From Bacillales bacterium UBA4278 (lineage in GTDB: Bacteria > Bacillota_I > Bacilli_A > RFN20 > CAG-826): a stretch of 64,000 nt of DNA. The stretch covers positions 807-64,806 of the forward strand of contig DGVS01000008.1 of the NCBI GenBank assembly GCA_002395065.1, read 5' to 3'. The translations under genes were made by a program, and so were the position numbers. Of this stretch, positions 9,634 through 17,861 are shown one piece after another (position 1 is the stretch's first letter; each line of letters begins with the position of its first letter). The notes beneath the pieces are model-generated. The model was not told the DNA's origin and did not search any database. It saw only the letters and a program-made list of their open reading frames with translations.

Positions 9634-10320
9634 ATGGAATTTGTTGGTTTAGACAAAATGTCAATGCTTGACTACGAAGATTATGTCTCCGCAGTTATTT
9701 TTGCTCCAAAATGTAACTTCCGTTGTCCATTTTGTCATAACGGAGATTCAGTTTTAAATTCTTCAGTAGAAATTCCTTTTAAAGACATCATCGCTTACTT
9801 AGAAAGTAGAAAAGGTCTTTTAGATGCAGTTGTTGTGACTGGCGGAGAGCCAACATTGATGCCTGATTTAGAAAATAAAATTCGACAAATCAAAGAACTT
9901 GGGTACGAAGTTAAGCTTGATACTAATGGAACAAATCCAGAACTTTTAAAACACTTAATTGATAAAAAACTAATTGATTATGTGGCGATGGATATTAAAA
10001 ATTCCCCTGCAAAATACGCATTAACTGCAGGTTGTCATAAAGTTGATTTAGAAAAGATCAAACAATCAATCGATGTTCTGAAAACATCCAGGATTCGCCA
10101 CGAATTTCGTACAACATTAGTTAAAGAATTCCACGATTTTGGTGATATTAAAGGAATTGGTGAACTAGTTAAAGGAGCTAAAAAACTTTATCTCCAGAAG
10201 TTTGTAGATCGAGAAGGCGTGATTCAAAAAGGTCTTCATGAAGTCGAAGAAGAAATTGCAAATTTGTACAAAAAAGACCTCGAGCAATATGTATCCGAGG
10301 TCTATCTAAGAGGTTATTAA
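9634..10320 (+). CDS. nrdG: Anaerobic ribonucleoside-triphosphate reductase activating protein (radical SAM)
   Basis: CNFRCPFCHN radical-SAM cluster motif and GGEPTL. ATG 9634 (MEFVGLDK) chosen; the track extension starts inside the promoter region. Confidence 0.9.
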   Translation: MEFVGLDKMSMLDYEDYVSAVIFAPKCNFRCPFCHNGDSVLNSSVEIPFKDIIAYLESRKGLLDAVVVTGGEPTLMPDLENKIRQIKELGYEVKLDTNGTNPELLKHLIDKKLIDYVAMDIKNSPAKYALTAGCHKVDLEKIKQSIDVLKTSRIRHEFRTTLVKEFHDFGDIKGIGELVKGAKKLYLQKFVDREGVIQKGLHEVEEEIANLYKKDLEQYVSEVYLRGY

Positions 10321-11216
10321 TCAAGGTATTTTACTGCCGCAAGAGCAGCAATAGCGCCATCATTACAAGCCGTCACACATTGACGGATTGTTTTCTTTCT
10401 GGTGTCGCCAACAGCGAACAAGCCTTTTGTTTTTGTTTCCATATTGTCATCAGTCACAATGTAACCCTTTTCTAAATCGACAAGATTCTTGAAATTTTCA
10501 TTACTTGGAATTTGACCTATACAAACAAAGACATTGTCTGTTTTAAATTCACGTCTCTCTTTGGTTTTAGTGTCTTCAAACACCAAACCTTCGAGAGATT
10601 CTTTTCCTAAATACTCCACCAGGTTCATATTATGAGTAACTTCAATGTTTTCCTTTGCTTTTAAACGATCAACAAGAATCGCATCAGCAAAGAATTTATC
10701 GAATAATGTGAACATGTGCACTTTAGTGCAGTAGTTAGCAAGAGTTAATGCATATTGAAGTGCTGTATTAGCGTCCCCAATAAGGTAAACCTCTTTTCCC
10801 TTATACATTGGGCCATCGCAAACAGCACAGAAACTGATTCCGTTTCCAATGAGTTCTTGTTCATTTGGAAGATTCATCAAACGATGTTTAACGCCGTTCG
10901 CGATGATAACTACTTTTGATTCATATGAATTGTAGTTGGTGTGAACTTTGAAGATGTCTCCAACCTTTTCGATTTTTAAGACATCTTCAAGTTCGAAGTT
11001 GGCGCCTAAATCAGTAATTTGAGCAAACAGGTTGTCAGAAAAATCTAACCCAGATATTTCTTTAATTGATGGAAAGTTTTCAAGTCTTGGAGAATTAGCA
11101 ATCTGCCCTCCAAAATTTTCTTTTTCCAGAATCAGCACTGACTTGTTTGTTCTGAGGAGATATAATGCAGCGGTCATCCCAGCGGGACCACCACCGACAA
11201 CAATGGCGTCAAACAT
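10317..11216 (-). CDS. Thioredoxin-reductase homolog (low-Mr TrxR fold) lacking NADPH-binding motifs; possible ferredoxin/flavodoxin-dependent type
   Basis: FAD motifs VVGGGPAGMTAA and GLFAVGD and redox CAVC are present. At the positions of GGGNSAxEEA and HRRxxxR it reads LIGDANTALQYA and HMFTLFDKFFA. Starts 4 nt after the nrdD stop. Confidence 0.8.
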   Translation of the reverse strand: MFDAIVVGGGPAGMTAALYLLRTNKSVLILEKENFGGQIANSPRLENFPSIKEISGLDFSDNLFAQITDLGANFELEDVLKIEKVGDIFKVHTNYNSYESKVVIIANGVKHRLMNLPNEQELIGNGISFCAVCDGPMYKGKEVYLIGDANTALQYALTLANYCTKVHMFTLFDKFFADAILVDRLKAKENIEVTHNMNLVEYLGKESLEGLVFEDTKTKERREFKTDNVFVCIGQIPSNENFKNLVDLEKGYIVTDDNMETKTKGLFAVGDTRKKTIRQCVTACNDGAIAALAAVKYLD

Positions 11217-11220
11217 AAGC

Positions 11221-13587
11221 TTATTTTACGCTTTCAATATATCCTTTAATGTTGGAAGCGTTCTCGTACACTTTTAAACCATCGGCCATTGGAACGATAA
11301 GAGTTGGAGCTTTCTTCACGCCATACTCTTTTGTGAGTTCGACGTTTTCTTCAGCATCAATGACTTCATAAGCAATTCCGGCCTTATCTAAAAGCATTTT
11401 GGCCATCTTACAATTTGGACAGGTTTTTGTCGCAAATAAGACGGTTTTATCTAGGTTTTGCAGGTGTTTTTCGCATTCGCAATGTTGTTCAGCGTTCTCG
11501 TGTGGATGTAAAACGGAAGTTTCAGGAACGTAAACTTTACGGTTCTTGAATTCCTCGCTCTTACCGTCGTTCCAGTTTTGAATTGGACGGTAGTAACCAG
11601 TAATACGGGAATAAACTTCGGTCTTGGCGCCACATTTTGGACATGTGTATTCTTCACCGCTAATGTATCCGTGTTCCTTACAAACAGAGTAAGTTGGAGA
11701 CATTGTGTAGTATGGAATGTGATAGTTTTCAGCAATCTTACGAACAAGATTCATACAAGATTTCCATGAAGGTAATTTTTGTCCTAAGAAGGCATGGAAA
11801 ACGGTACCAGATGTGTAAAGGGTTTGTAATCCGTCTTGGATATCAAGAGCACGGAAGATATCATCTGTATAACCAACTGGTAAGTGTGAAGAGTTGGTGT
11901 AATATGGAGTTTTGCCTTCTTCAGATGCAGTAATGATATCTGGATATTTAGCCTTATCGTGTTTTGCTAAACGATAAGCGGTTGATTCGGCTGGTGTAGC
12001 TTCGAGGTTATAAAGATCTCCATAGAGTTCTTGATAATCAGAAAGTTTGTTTCTCATGTGATTTAACACATCTTTAGTGAATTGAATCGCTTCTGGATTG
12101 GTTAAATCTTTCTTGATCCAGCGAGCGTTTAAGCAAGCTTCGTTCATACCAACTAAACCGATTGTAGAGAAGTGGTTGTTGAAGGTGCCTAAATAACGTT
12201 TTGTGTATGGATAAAGTCCAGCTTCGAGTAAGGTAGTAATTGTGTTACGTTTCACCTTTAAGGAACGAGCGGAAATATCCATAATGCGGTCTAAACGATT
12301 ATAGAAGTCTTGTTCATCGGTGGATAAATAAGCGAGTCTTGGCATGTTAATTGTAACAACACCAACAGAGCCAGTTGATTCACCAGATCCAAAGAATCCG
12401 CCTGATTTCTTACGTAATTCACGTAAGTCGAGACGTAAACGGCAGCACATTGAACGAACATCGCTTGGTTCCATATCGGAATTGATGTAGTTAGAGAAGT
12501 ATGGAGTTCCGTACTTCGCTGTCATTTCGAACAAGAGTTTGTTATTTTCGGTTTCAGACCAGTCAAATGTTTTAGTAATGGAGTAAGTTGGAATTGGGTA
12601 TTGGAAACCACGTCCGTTAGCATCACCTTCGATCATAATTTCGATGAAGGCTTTGTTAACCATCGCCATTTCTTCAACACAATCTTTGTACTTGAAATCC
12701 ATTTCTTTTCCACCGACGATACAGTTGAGTTCGGCCATATCGTTTGGTACGACCCAGTCTAATGTAACGTTGGTGAATGGAGCTTGTGTACCCCAACGAG
12801 ATGGTGTATTAACACCATAAATGAATGATTGAATGCATTGCTTAACTTCTTTATAGGTCAAATGATCTTTCTTTACAAATGGTGCAAGATAAGTATCAAA
12901 TGAGGAGAAGGCTTGAGCACCAGCCCATTCATTTTGCATGATGCCAAGGAAGTTCACCATTTGGTTACAAAGGGTTGATAAGTGGTTGGCTGGAGCAGAT
13001 GTAATCTTTCCAGGAACTCCACCTAAACCTTCTTGAATGAGTTGTTTTAAACTCCATCCAGCACAGTAACCTGTGAGCATGCTTAAATCGTGGATATGGA
13101 TATCCGCGTTTCTATGAGCGTCAGCAATTTCCTTGTCGTAAATCTCACTTAACCAATAGTTAGCTGTAACAGCACCACTGTTGGAAAGAATTAAACCACC
13201 GACGGAGTAAGTCACAGTGGAGTTTTCCTTCACGCGCCAGTCATTAATCTTTAAATAATTATTGATGACGTTTTTGTAGTCTAAACTTGTGGACTTGATT
13301 TGTCGGAGATTCTCGTGTTGTTTACGATAAATCATATAACTACGAGCGACATCAATATATCCGGCTTGAATTAAAACAACTTCAACGGAATCTTGAATGT
13401 CTTCGATAGCAACGATTTCATTAACGACTTTTTTATTAAAATCAGCAGTCACTCTGAGGGCGAGCATCTCAATAATATCGCTATTATAAAACTTGTGCTC
13501 GGCCATGAACGCACGTTCAATTGCGTTCTCAATTTTTTTAAGATCAAAGTCTTCTAAAGACTCGTCTCTCTTTCTAATTTTCAACAT
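11221..13587 (-). CDS. nrdD: Anaerobic (class III) ribonucleoside-triphosphate reductase with a C-terminal glutaredoxin/NrdH-like CPxC domain
   Basis: N-terminal ATP-cone-like region, Zn-ribbon Cys cluster (CKEHG...CPKCG) and glycyl-radical motif SRITGYY. It then continues about 125 aa further, including TVLFATKTCPNCKMAKMLLDKAGIAYEVID...APTLIV. Confidence 0.95.
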   Translation of the reverse strand: MLKIRKRDESLEDFDLKKIENAIERAFMAEHKFYNSDIIEMLALRVTADFNKKVVNEIVAIEDIQDSVEVVLIQAGYIDVARSYMIYRKQHENLRQIKSTSLDYKNVINNYLKINDWRVKENSTVTYSVGGLILSNSGAVTANYWLSEIYDKEIADAHRNADIHIHDLSMLTGYCAGWSLKQLIQEGLGGVPGKITSAPANHLSTLCNQMVNFLGIMQNEWAGAQAFSSFDTYLAPFVKKDHLTYKEVKQCIQSFIYGVNTPSRWGTQAPFTNVTLDWVVPNDMAELNCIVGGKEMDFKYKDCVEEMAMVNKAFIEIMIEGDANGRGFQYPIPTYSITKTFDWSETENNKLLFEMTAKYGTPYFSNYINSDMEPSDVRSMCCRLRLDLRELRKKSGGFFGSGESTGSVGVVTINMPRLAYLSTDEQDFYNRLDRIMDISARSLKVKRNTITTLLEAGLYPYTKRYLGTFNNHFSTIGLVGMNEACLNARWIKKDLTNPEAIQFTKDVLNHMRNKLSDYQELYGDLYNLEATPAESTAYRLAKHDKAKYPDIITASEEGKTPYYTNSSHLPVGYTDDIFRALDIQDGLQTLYTSGTVFHAFLGQKLPSWKSCMNLVRKIAENYHIPYYTMSPTYSVCKEHGYISGEEYTCPKCGAKTEVYSRITGYYRPIQNWNDGKSEEFKNRKVYVPETSVLHPHENAEQHCECEKHLQNLDKTVLFATKTCPNCKMAKMLLDKAGIAYEVIDAEENVELTKEYGVKKAPTLIVPMADGLKVYENASNIKGYIESVK

Positions 13588-13739
13588 AACTCATACCTCC
13601 CAGCGAGAATTTGAAAATAGTGATAGAAAAACCTTAGTTTAAGTTTTCAATTTGTCAGGGACCATTAATATTTATTAAGTGGTGTTGTTATTATATATAA
13701 ATGTATAGTCTAAAATAAGAAAAATCTTCCAAAATTTTT

Positions 13740-13771
13740 ACACTGTATATATTTTAGCAAAATTATTGTGT
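13740..13771 (-). promoter_or_regulatory. Two adjacent NrdR-box-like 16-mers in the nrdD upstream region (tentative)
   Basis: Minus strand ACACAATAATTTTGCT + AAAATATATACAGTGT versus consensus acaCwAtATaTwGtgt gives about 11/16 and 13/16 by eye. A TTGACA -35-like hexamer lies at 13792..13797. The spacing between boxes is atypical. Confidence 0.2.
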
Positions 13772-13871
13772 ATTTATGGCACTTTCTTCTTTGTCAAACA
13801 TTATGTTAACAAATTAATAAAAAAATGCCGTTTTATCTGGCAAATTTTTATTTAGTTACATAGTAACTACT

Positions 13872-14189
13872 TTATAACTCGTTGTACTTTTTTGCTTTTC
13901 CTTTAACTTTTTCGATAGGATATTTCTTTTCGTTTTGATCCATTTTTGAATTAACAATTTCATCAACGTCTAAATCAAGCTTATCTGCTAAGTTCTGACA
14001 ATTGACAATAACATCTGCTAATTCTTCTTTAACTTTTTCAAGATTATATTCCTCGTTCCATTGGAAACATTCTAATAATTCGCCAGCTTCAATAATTATT
14101 GTTTTAGCTAAATTAGCTGGTGTGTGATATTTGTCCCAATCACGATCAGAAGTAAAGTGACGTACTCGTTCTAGTGTTTTCTTTTTCAT
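13872..14189 (-). CDS. MazG-like nucleotide pyrophosphohydrolase (small, single domain)
   Basis: 105 aa. FTSDRDWDKYHTP.NLAK.IIIEAGELLECFQW...ELADVIVNC fits the all-alpha NTP-pyrophosphatase (MazG/YpjD-type) pattern. Confidence 0.8.
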   Translation of the reverse strand: MKKKTLERVRHFTSDRDWDKYHTPANLAKTIIIEAGELLECFQWNEEYNLEKVKEELADVIVNCQNLADKLDLDVDEIVNSKMDQNEKKYPIEKVKGKAKKYNEL

Positions 14190-14236
14190 ATTCCGTATTT
14201 TAACATATTAGACTAAAATAGTCTTGGAGTTAAATT

Positions 14237-15910
14237 ATGGAAAAGAAAATCGAACAGAAATTTAATGAATGGCTTAATTCAAGTGCTCTTTCAAAAGAAG
14301 AAAAGCAGGAATTAGAGTCAATCAAAGGAAACGAAAAAGAGATTACCGAAAGATTCATTAACGATCTAGAGTTTGGTACCGCTGGCTTACGTGGTGTTAT
14401 GGCAATGGGCACAAACAGAATGAATCGCCACGTCATTAGACACGCCACTCAAGGTCTTGCAAACTTCTTATTATTAAAAGAAAAGAAGCCAAGCGTCGCT
14501 ATTGCATATGATTCGAGACTAAATTCCGAACTGTTTGCTCACGAGGCTGCTCGCGTTTTAGCCGCCAATGGAATCAAAGTTCACATTTATCCAAGATTAA
14601 TGCCTGTTCCAATGCTTTCCTATGCTGTTAGACAATTAAAAGCCTCAGCTGGTATTGTTGTTACTGCATCACACAACCCAAAGCAATACAACGGATATAA
14701 AGTTTATGGACCAGACGGATGTCAAATGACAACCAGTAATGCCAATGCTGTTTTGGCTGAAATTAACAAAATCGATATGTTCGATGTTAAACTCACAGAA
14801 TTCGAAAATAACCTGCAAATCTCATATATTTCTAATGATTTAATTGAAAAATACTATAATTCTGTTCTTTCACAATCTATTGAAGGACCAGAAGAATCAG
14901 AGCGCATTTTAAAAGTTACATACACACCGCTTCATGGCGCTGGTTTTGTTCCTGTAACTACTGTTTTAAAACGTGATGGATTTAATTCCGTGGATATTGT
15001 TGAAGAGCAAAAAGACCCAGATGGTAATTTTACAACTTGCCCATATCCAAATCCCGAAATACAAGAAGCTATGGATCTTGGAATGAAATTAATGCTTAAA
15101 AACGGAAACGACATTTTGGTCGCAACCGATCCGGATAGTGACAGAGCTGGAGTTGCTGTTAACAAAGACGGAAAAGCAACAATTTTAACTGGTAACGAAA
15201 TCGGTATTCTTCTATTTGATTTTATTTATCACGCACGTGTAAAACAAAATAAATTACCAAAGAATCCAATTGTTGTTAAATCAATTGTTTCTTCAAGCCT
15301 TATCAATTTGATGGGAGAAAAATTCGGTGTCAAAGTTGTTGATGTCTTAACCGGATTTAAATGGATTGGCGAACAACTCCTTCTATTAGAAGAAAAACAC
15401 GAAGAATATCGTTATATCTTTGGTTTTGAAGAATCATATGGTTATTTAACAAACCCTGAGGTTCGCGATAAGGATGCTGTTAATGCTGTTCTGTTAATTG
15501 CAGAAATGGCGAACTACTATAAGCACAAAGGCTTAACTCTTATCGATCGTTTAAATGAGCTTTACAAAGAATTCGGGCCATACAAAACAAAAACAATTTC
15601 TTATGAATTTCCAGGTTTAGAAGGCCAGGCTCGAATGAAGGAAATCATGAAAACACTTCGAGTCAAATCATTCTCACTATTCGATGATGTTGTCTCGGTG
15701 GGAGACTTCCAAACAAGTATTGAAAAATACAAAGACCATGAAGAACAAATACATCTTCCAAAGAGCGATGTCTTGAGATTTACATTACCAGAACACGAAA
15801 CAATCATCTTCCGCCCATCTGGAACAGAACCAAAATTAAAAGCCTATATATTTGCCCAAGAAGGACACATACAGGCTTTAAATCAAAAGTTAGATAAAAT
15901 CTTAAAATAA
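14237..15910 (+). CDS. Phosphoglucomutase/phosphomannomutase (alpha-D-phosphohexomutase)
   Basis: Active-site TASHNPKQYNGYK, metal loop ATDPDSDR, sugar loop GFEESYG. Confidence 0.95.
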   Translation: MEKKIEQKFNEWLNSSALSKEEKQELESIKGNEKEITERFINDLEFGTAGLRGVMAMGTNRMNRHVIRHATQGLANFLLLKEKKPSVAIAYDSRLNSELFAHEAARVLAANGIKVHIYPRLMPVPMLSYAVRQLKASAGIVVTASHNPKQYNGYKVYGPDGCQMTTSNANAVLAEINKIDMFDVKLTEFENNLQISYISNDLIEKYYNSVLSQSIEGPEESERILKVTYTPLHGAGFVPVTTVLKRDGFNSVDIVEEQKDPDGNFTTCPYPNPEIQEAMDLGMKLMLKNGNDILVATDPDSDRAGVAVNKDGKATILTGNEIGILLFDFIYHARVKQNKLPKNPIVVKSIVSSSLINLMGEKFGVKVVDVLTGFKWIGEQLLLLEEKHEEYRYIFGFEESYGYLTNPEVRDKDAVNAVLLIAEMANYYKHKGLTLIDRLNELYKEFGPYKTKTISYEFPGLEGQARMKEIMKTLRVKSFSLFDDVVSVGDFQTSIEKYKDHEEQIHLPKSDVLRFTLPEHETIIFRPSGTEPKLKAYIFAQEGHIQALNQKLDKILK

Positions 15911-15924
15911 CAGGTAAAACTTAA

Positions 15925-16836
15925 CTATTTTGTAATAAATTTGAGAACATCATCATAAACTTGTTGGTGTTCTTTTTCATTTAAAATTTCGTGTCTCATG
16001 TGTGGATAAACATGCAATTCAACATCTTTAATCCCGAGTTTTTGATACTGTTTATAAAGGGCACGTGGTCCTTTTCCGAATGCACCACAAGCATCATCTT
16101 CACCAGCAATAATAAGAATGTGATTATCTGGCGAAATCTTTTTCAAGAACTTCTTGTTAAATAAACGGGCATTACCTTTTAAAAGTTCGCGGTAGAAAAT
16201 ACGGCTTGAGCCATAACCACACATTGGGTCGGCACAATACTTTTGAACGTTCTCTTCGTTATAACTTAACCAATCATTCGGCGTTTTACGGTCTTTCACG
16301 GATTTAACGTATGCACCGATCGAGAGGCTTTCCATAAGCTTGGCTTTTTCAAATTGATTCTTCTTAGAACATGTCCATTTTCCAATTTTTGCACCAAACT
16401 TAAAGAGAAGTTTTGCGTTTGGTCCATTTGATCCGCAAATAACAATTTTGTCGGCATCATGGGTGAATCTTTGAACAAAATCTTGAACAATAAACGATCC
16501 CATAGAATGCCCAAAAACAACAACTGGTAATTTGGTTGTCTTACGAACCTTTCGAACAATATCGTCAACAATTCGAACAGTTTTTGAGAAGAAAGATGAA
16601 GGAACGATTCCAAGTTTCTTTCCGTTTTCAGAGTTTAAACCTTGACCATAATGGTCAACACAGAAAACGTTGAAACCGTTTTTATTTAAGAATTGAGCAA
16701 AATCATCATAACGTTCAGCGTATTCTTCCATGCCTGTAACAATAACAACGTTTCCAACAGGTTTTTCGGCACTCCAGGTATAACCACGAAGCACATCTCC
16801 GTTTACTGATTTAATTGAATATAAACTTTTCTTCAT
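15925..16836 (-). CDS. Alpha/beta hydrolase (lysophospholipase / monoacylglycerol-lipase type)
   Basis: Nucleophile elbow GHSMGS and C-terminal H in MRHEILNE. The second ATG (16836) has better RBS spacing (GAGGAG) than the track start 16842. Confidence 0.8.
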   Translation of the reverse strand: MKKSLYSIKSVNGDVLRGYTWSAEKPVGNVVIVTGMEEYAERYDDFAQFLNKNGFNVFCVDHYGQGLNSENGKKLGIVPSSFFSKTVRIVDDIVRKVRKTTKLPVVVFGHSMGSFIVQDFVQRFTHDADKIVICGSNGPNAKLLFKFGAKIGKWTCSKKNQFEKAKLMESLSIGAYVKSVKDRKTPNDWLSYNEENVQKYCADPMCGYGSSRIFYRELLKGNARLFNKKFLKKISPDNHILIIAGEDDACGAFGKGPRALYKQYQKLGIKDVELHVYPHMRHEILNEKEHQQVYDDVLKFITK

Positions 16837-16841
16837 AATCA

Positions 16842-17861
16842 TTACTCCTCATAACCTTTTGGGTTGTTTCTTTGCCAATTCCAAGAATCACGACAACAAT
16901 CGACAATATTAAATTCAGTTTTGAAGCCGATTTCTTTAAACGCTTTATCAGCGTTAGCGTAACACTCGGGAATGTCTCCCGCTCGGCGTGGTGCGACTCG
17001 ATAATTGATTTTTATATTGTTTGCTTTCTCAAATGCATGAACAAGTTCGAAAACAGACGTTCCTACTCCGGTACCAAGGTTATAAATAACTAATCCCGGT
17101 TTCTCTTCTAATTTCTTTAAAGTGAGTAGGTGTCCATGAGCTAAATCAACGACATGGATATAATCTCTAATACAGGTGCCGTCAGGGGTATCATAATCAT
17201 CTCCAAAAATATTTAAAACAGGAAGTTTCCCAACGGCAACTTGTGTAACATACGGCATTAAATTGTTTGGAATTCCCTGTGGATCTTCACCCATTAATCC
17301 GGACTTATGAGCTCCAATTGGGTTAAAATATCGGAGAATTGCAATGTTATATGACGGATCTTTCTTGGCTAAATCCTGAAGCAAATACTCGATTCTTACT
17401 TTAGTCTCTGCATATGGGTTTGTTGTTTCACCGATTGGATCGGTTTCCACAATTGGAACTTTTTTAGGGTTTCCATAAACCGTGGCAGAAGATGAAAAGA
17501 CAATATTTTTACATCCGTATTTTTCCATAACTTTCAAAAGAACTTTGGTAGAACCAATGTTGTTATCAAAATATAAATCTGGTTTTTGAACAGATTCACC
17601 AACTGCTTTTAATCCGGCAAAATGAATCACTGCAAAAATATTGTGACTAGAGAAAACTTTATCTAAGGCCTCTTCATCACGAACATCTAATTTGATAAAT
17701 TCTGGTCTTAGACCAGTTAATTTTTCAATTCGATTTAATACTTCAACTTTGGCGTTACAAAGATTATCGACAATAACTGGCTTATAATTGTTTTCAATAA
17801 GCTGAACAACTGTGTGGGAACCAATATATCCCATTCCACCGGTAACAAGAATTTCTTTCAT
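16842..17861 (-). CDS. galE: UDP-glucose 4-epimerase
   Basis: GGMGYIGSH Rossmann motif, SSSATVYG, YAETK catalytic motif. Overlaps the gatB stop by 4 nt. Confidence 0.93.
   Translation of the reverse strand: MKEILVTGGMGYIGSHTVVQLIENNYKPVIVDNLCNAKVEVLNRIEKLTGLRPEFIKLDVRDEEALDKVFSSHNIFAVIHFAGLKAVGESVQKPDLYFDNNIGSTKVLLKVMEKYGCKNIVFSSSATVYGNPKKVPIVETDPIGETTNPYAETKVRIEYLLQDLAKKDPSYNIAILRYFNPIGAHKSGLMGEDPQGIPNNLMPYVTQVAVGKLPVLNIFGDDYDTPDGTCIRDYIHVVDLAHGHLLTLKKLEEKPGLVIYNLGTGVGTSVFELVHAFEKANNIKINYRVAPRRAGDIPECYANADKAFKEIGFKTEFNIVDCCRDSWNWQRNNPKGYEE

Noticed and set aside
13588-13871. A cobalamin or other riboswitch in the long nrdD leader.
   Set aside because: No B12-box-like core (GCCACTG) or other recognisable aptamer core is present. 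The region is very AT-rich with only weak hairpins. It is kept only as a possible NrdR-type site in the findings.
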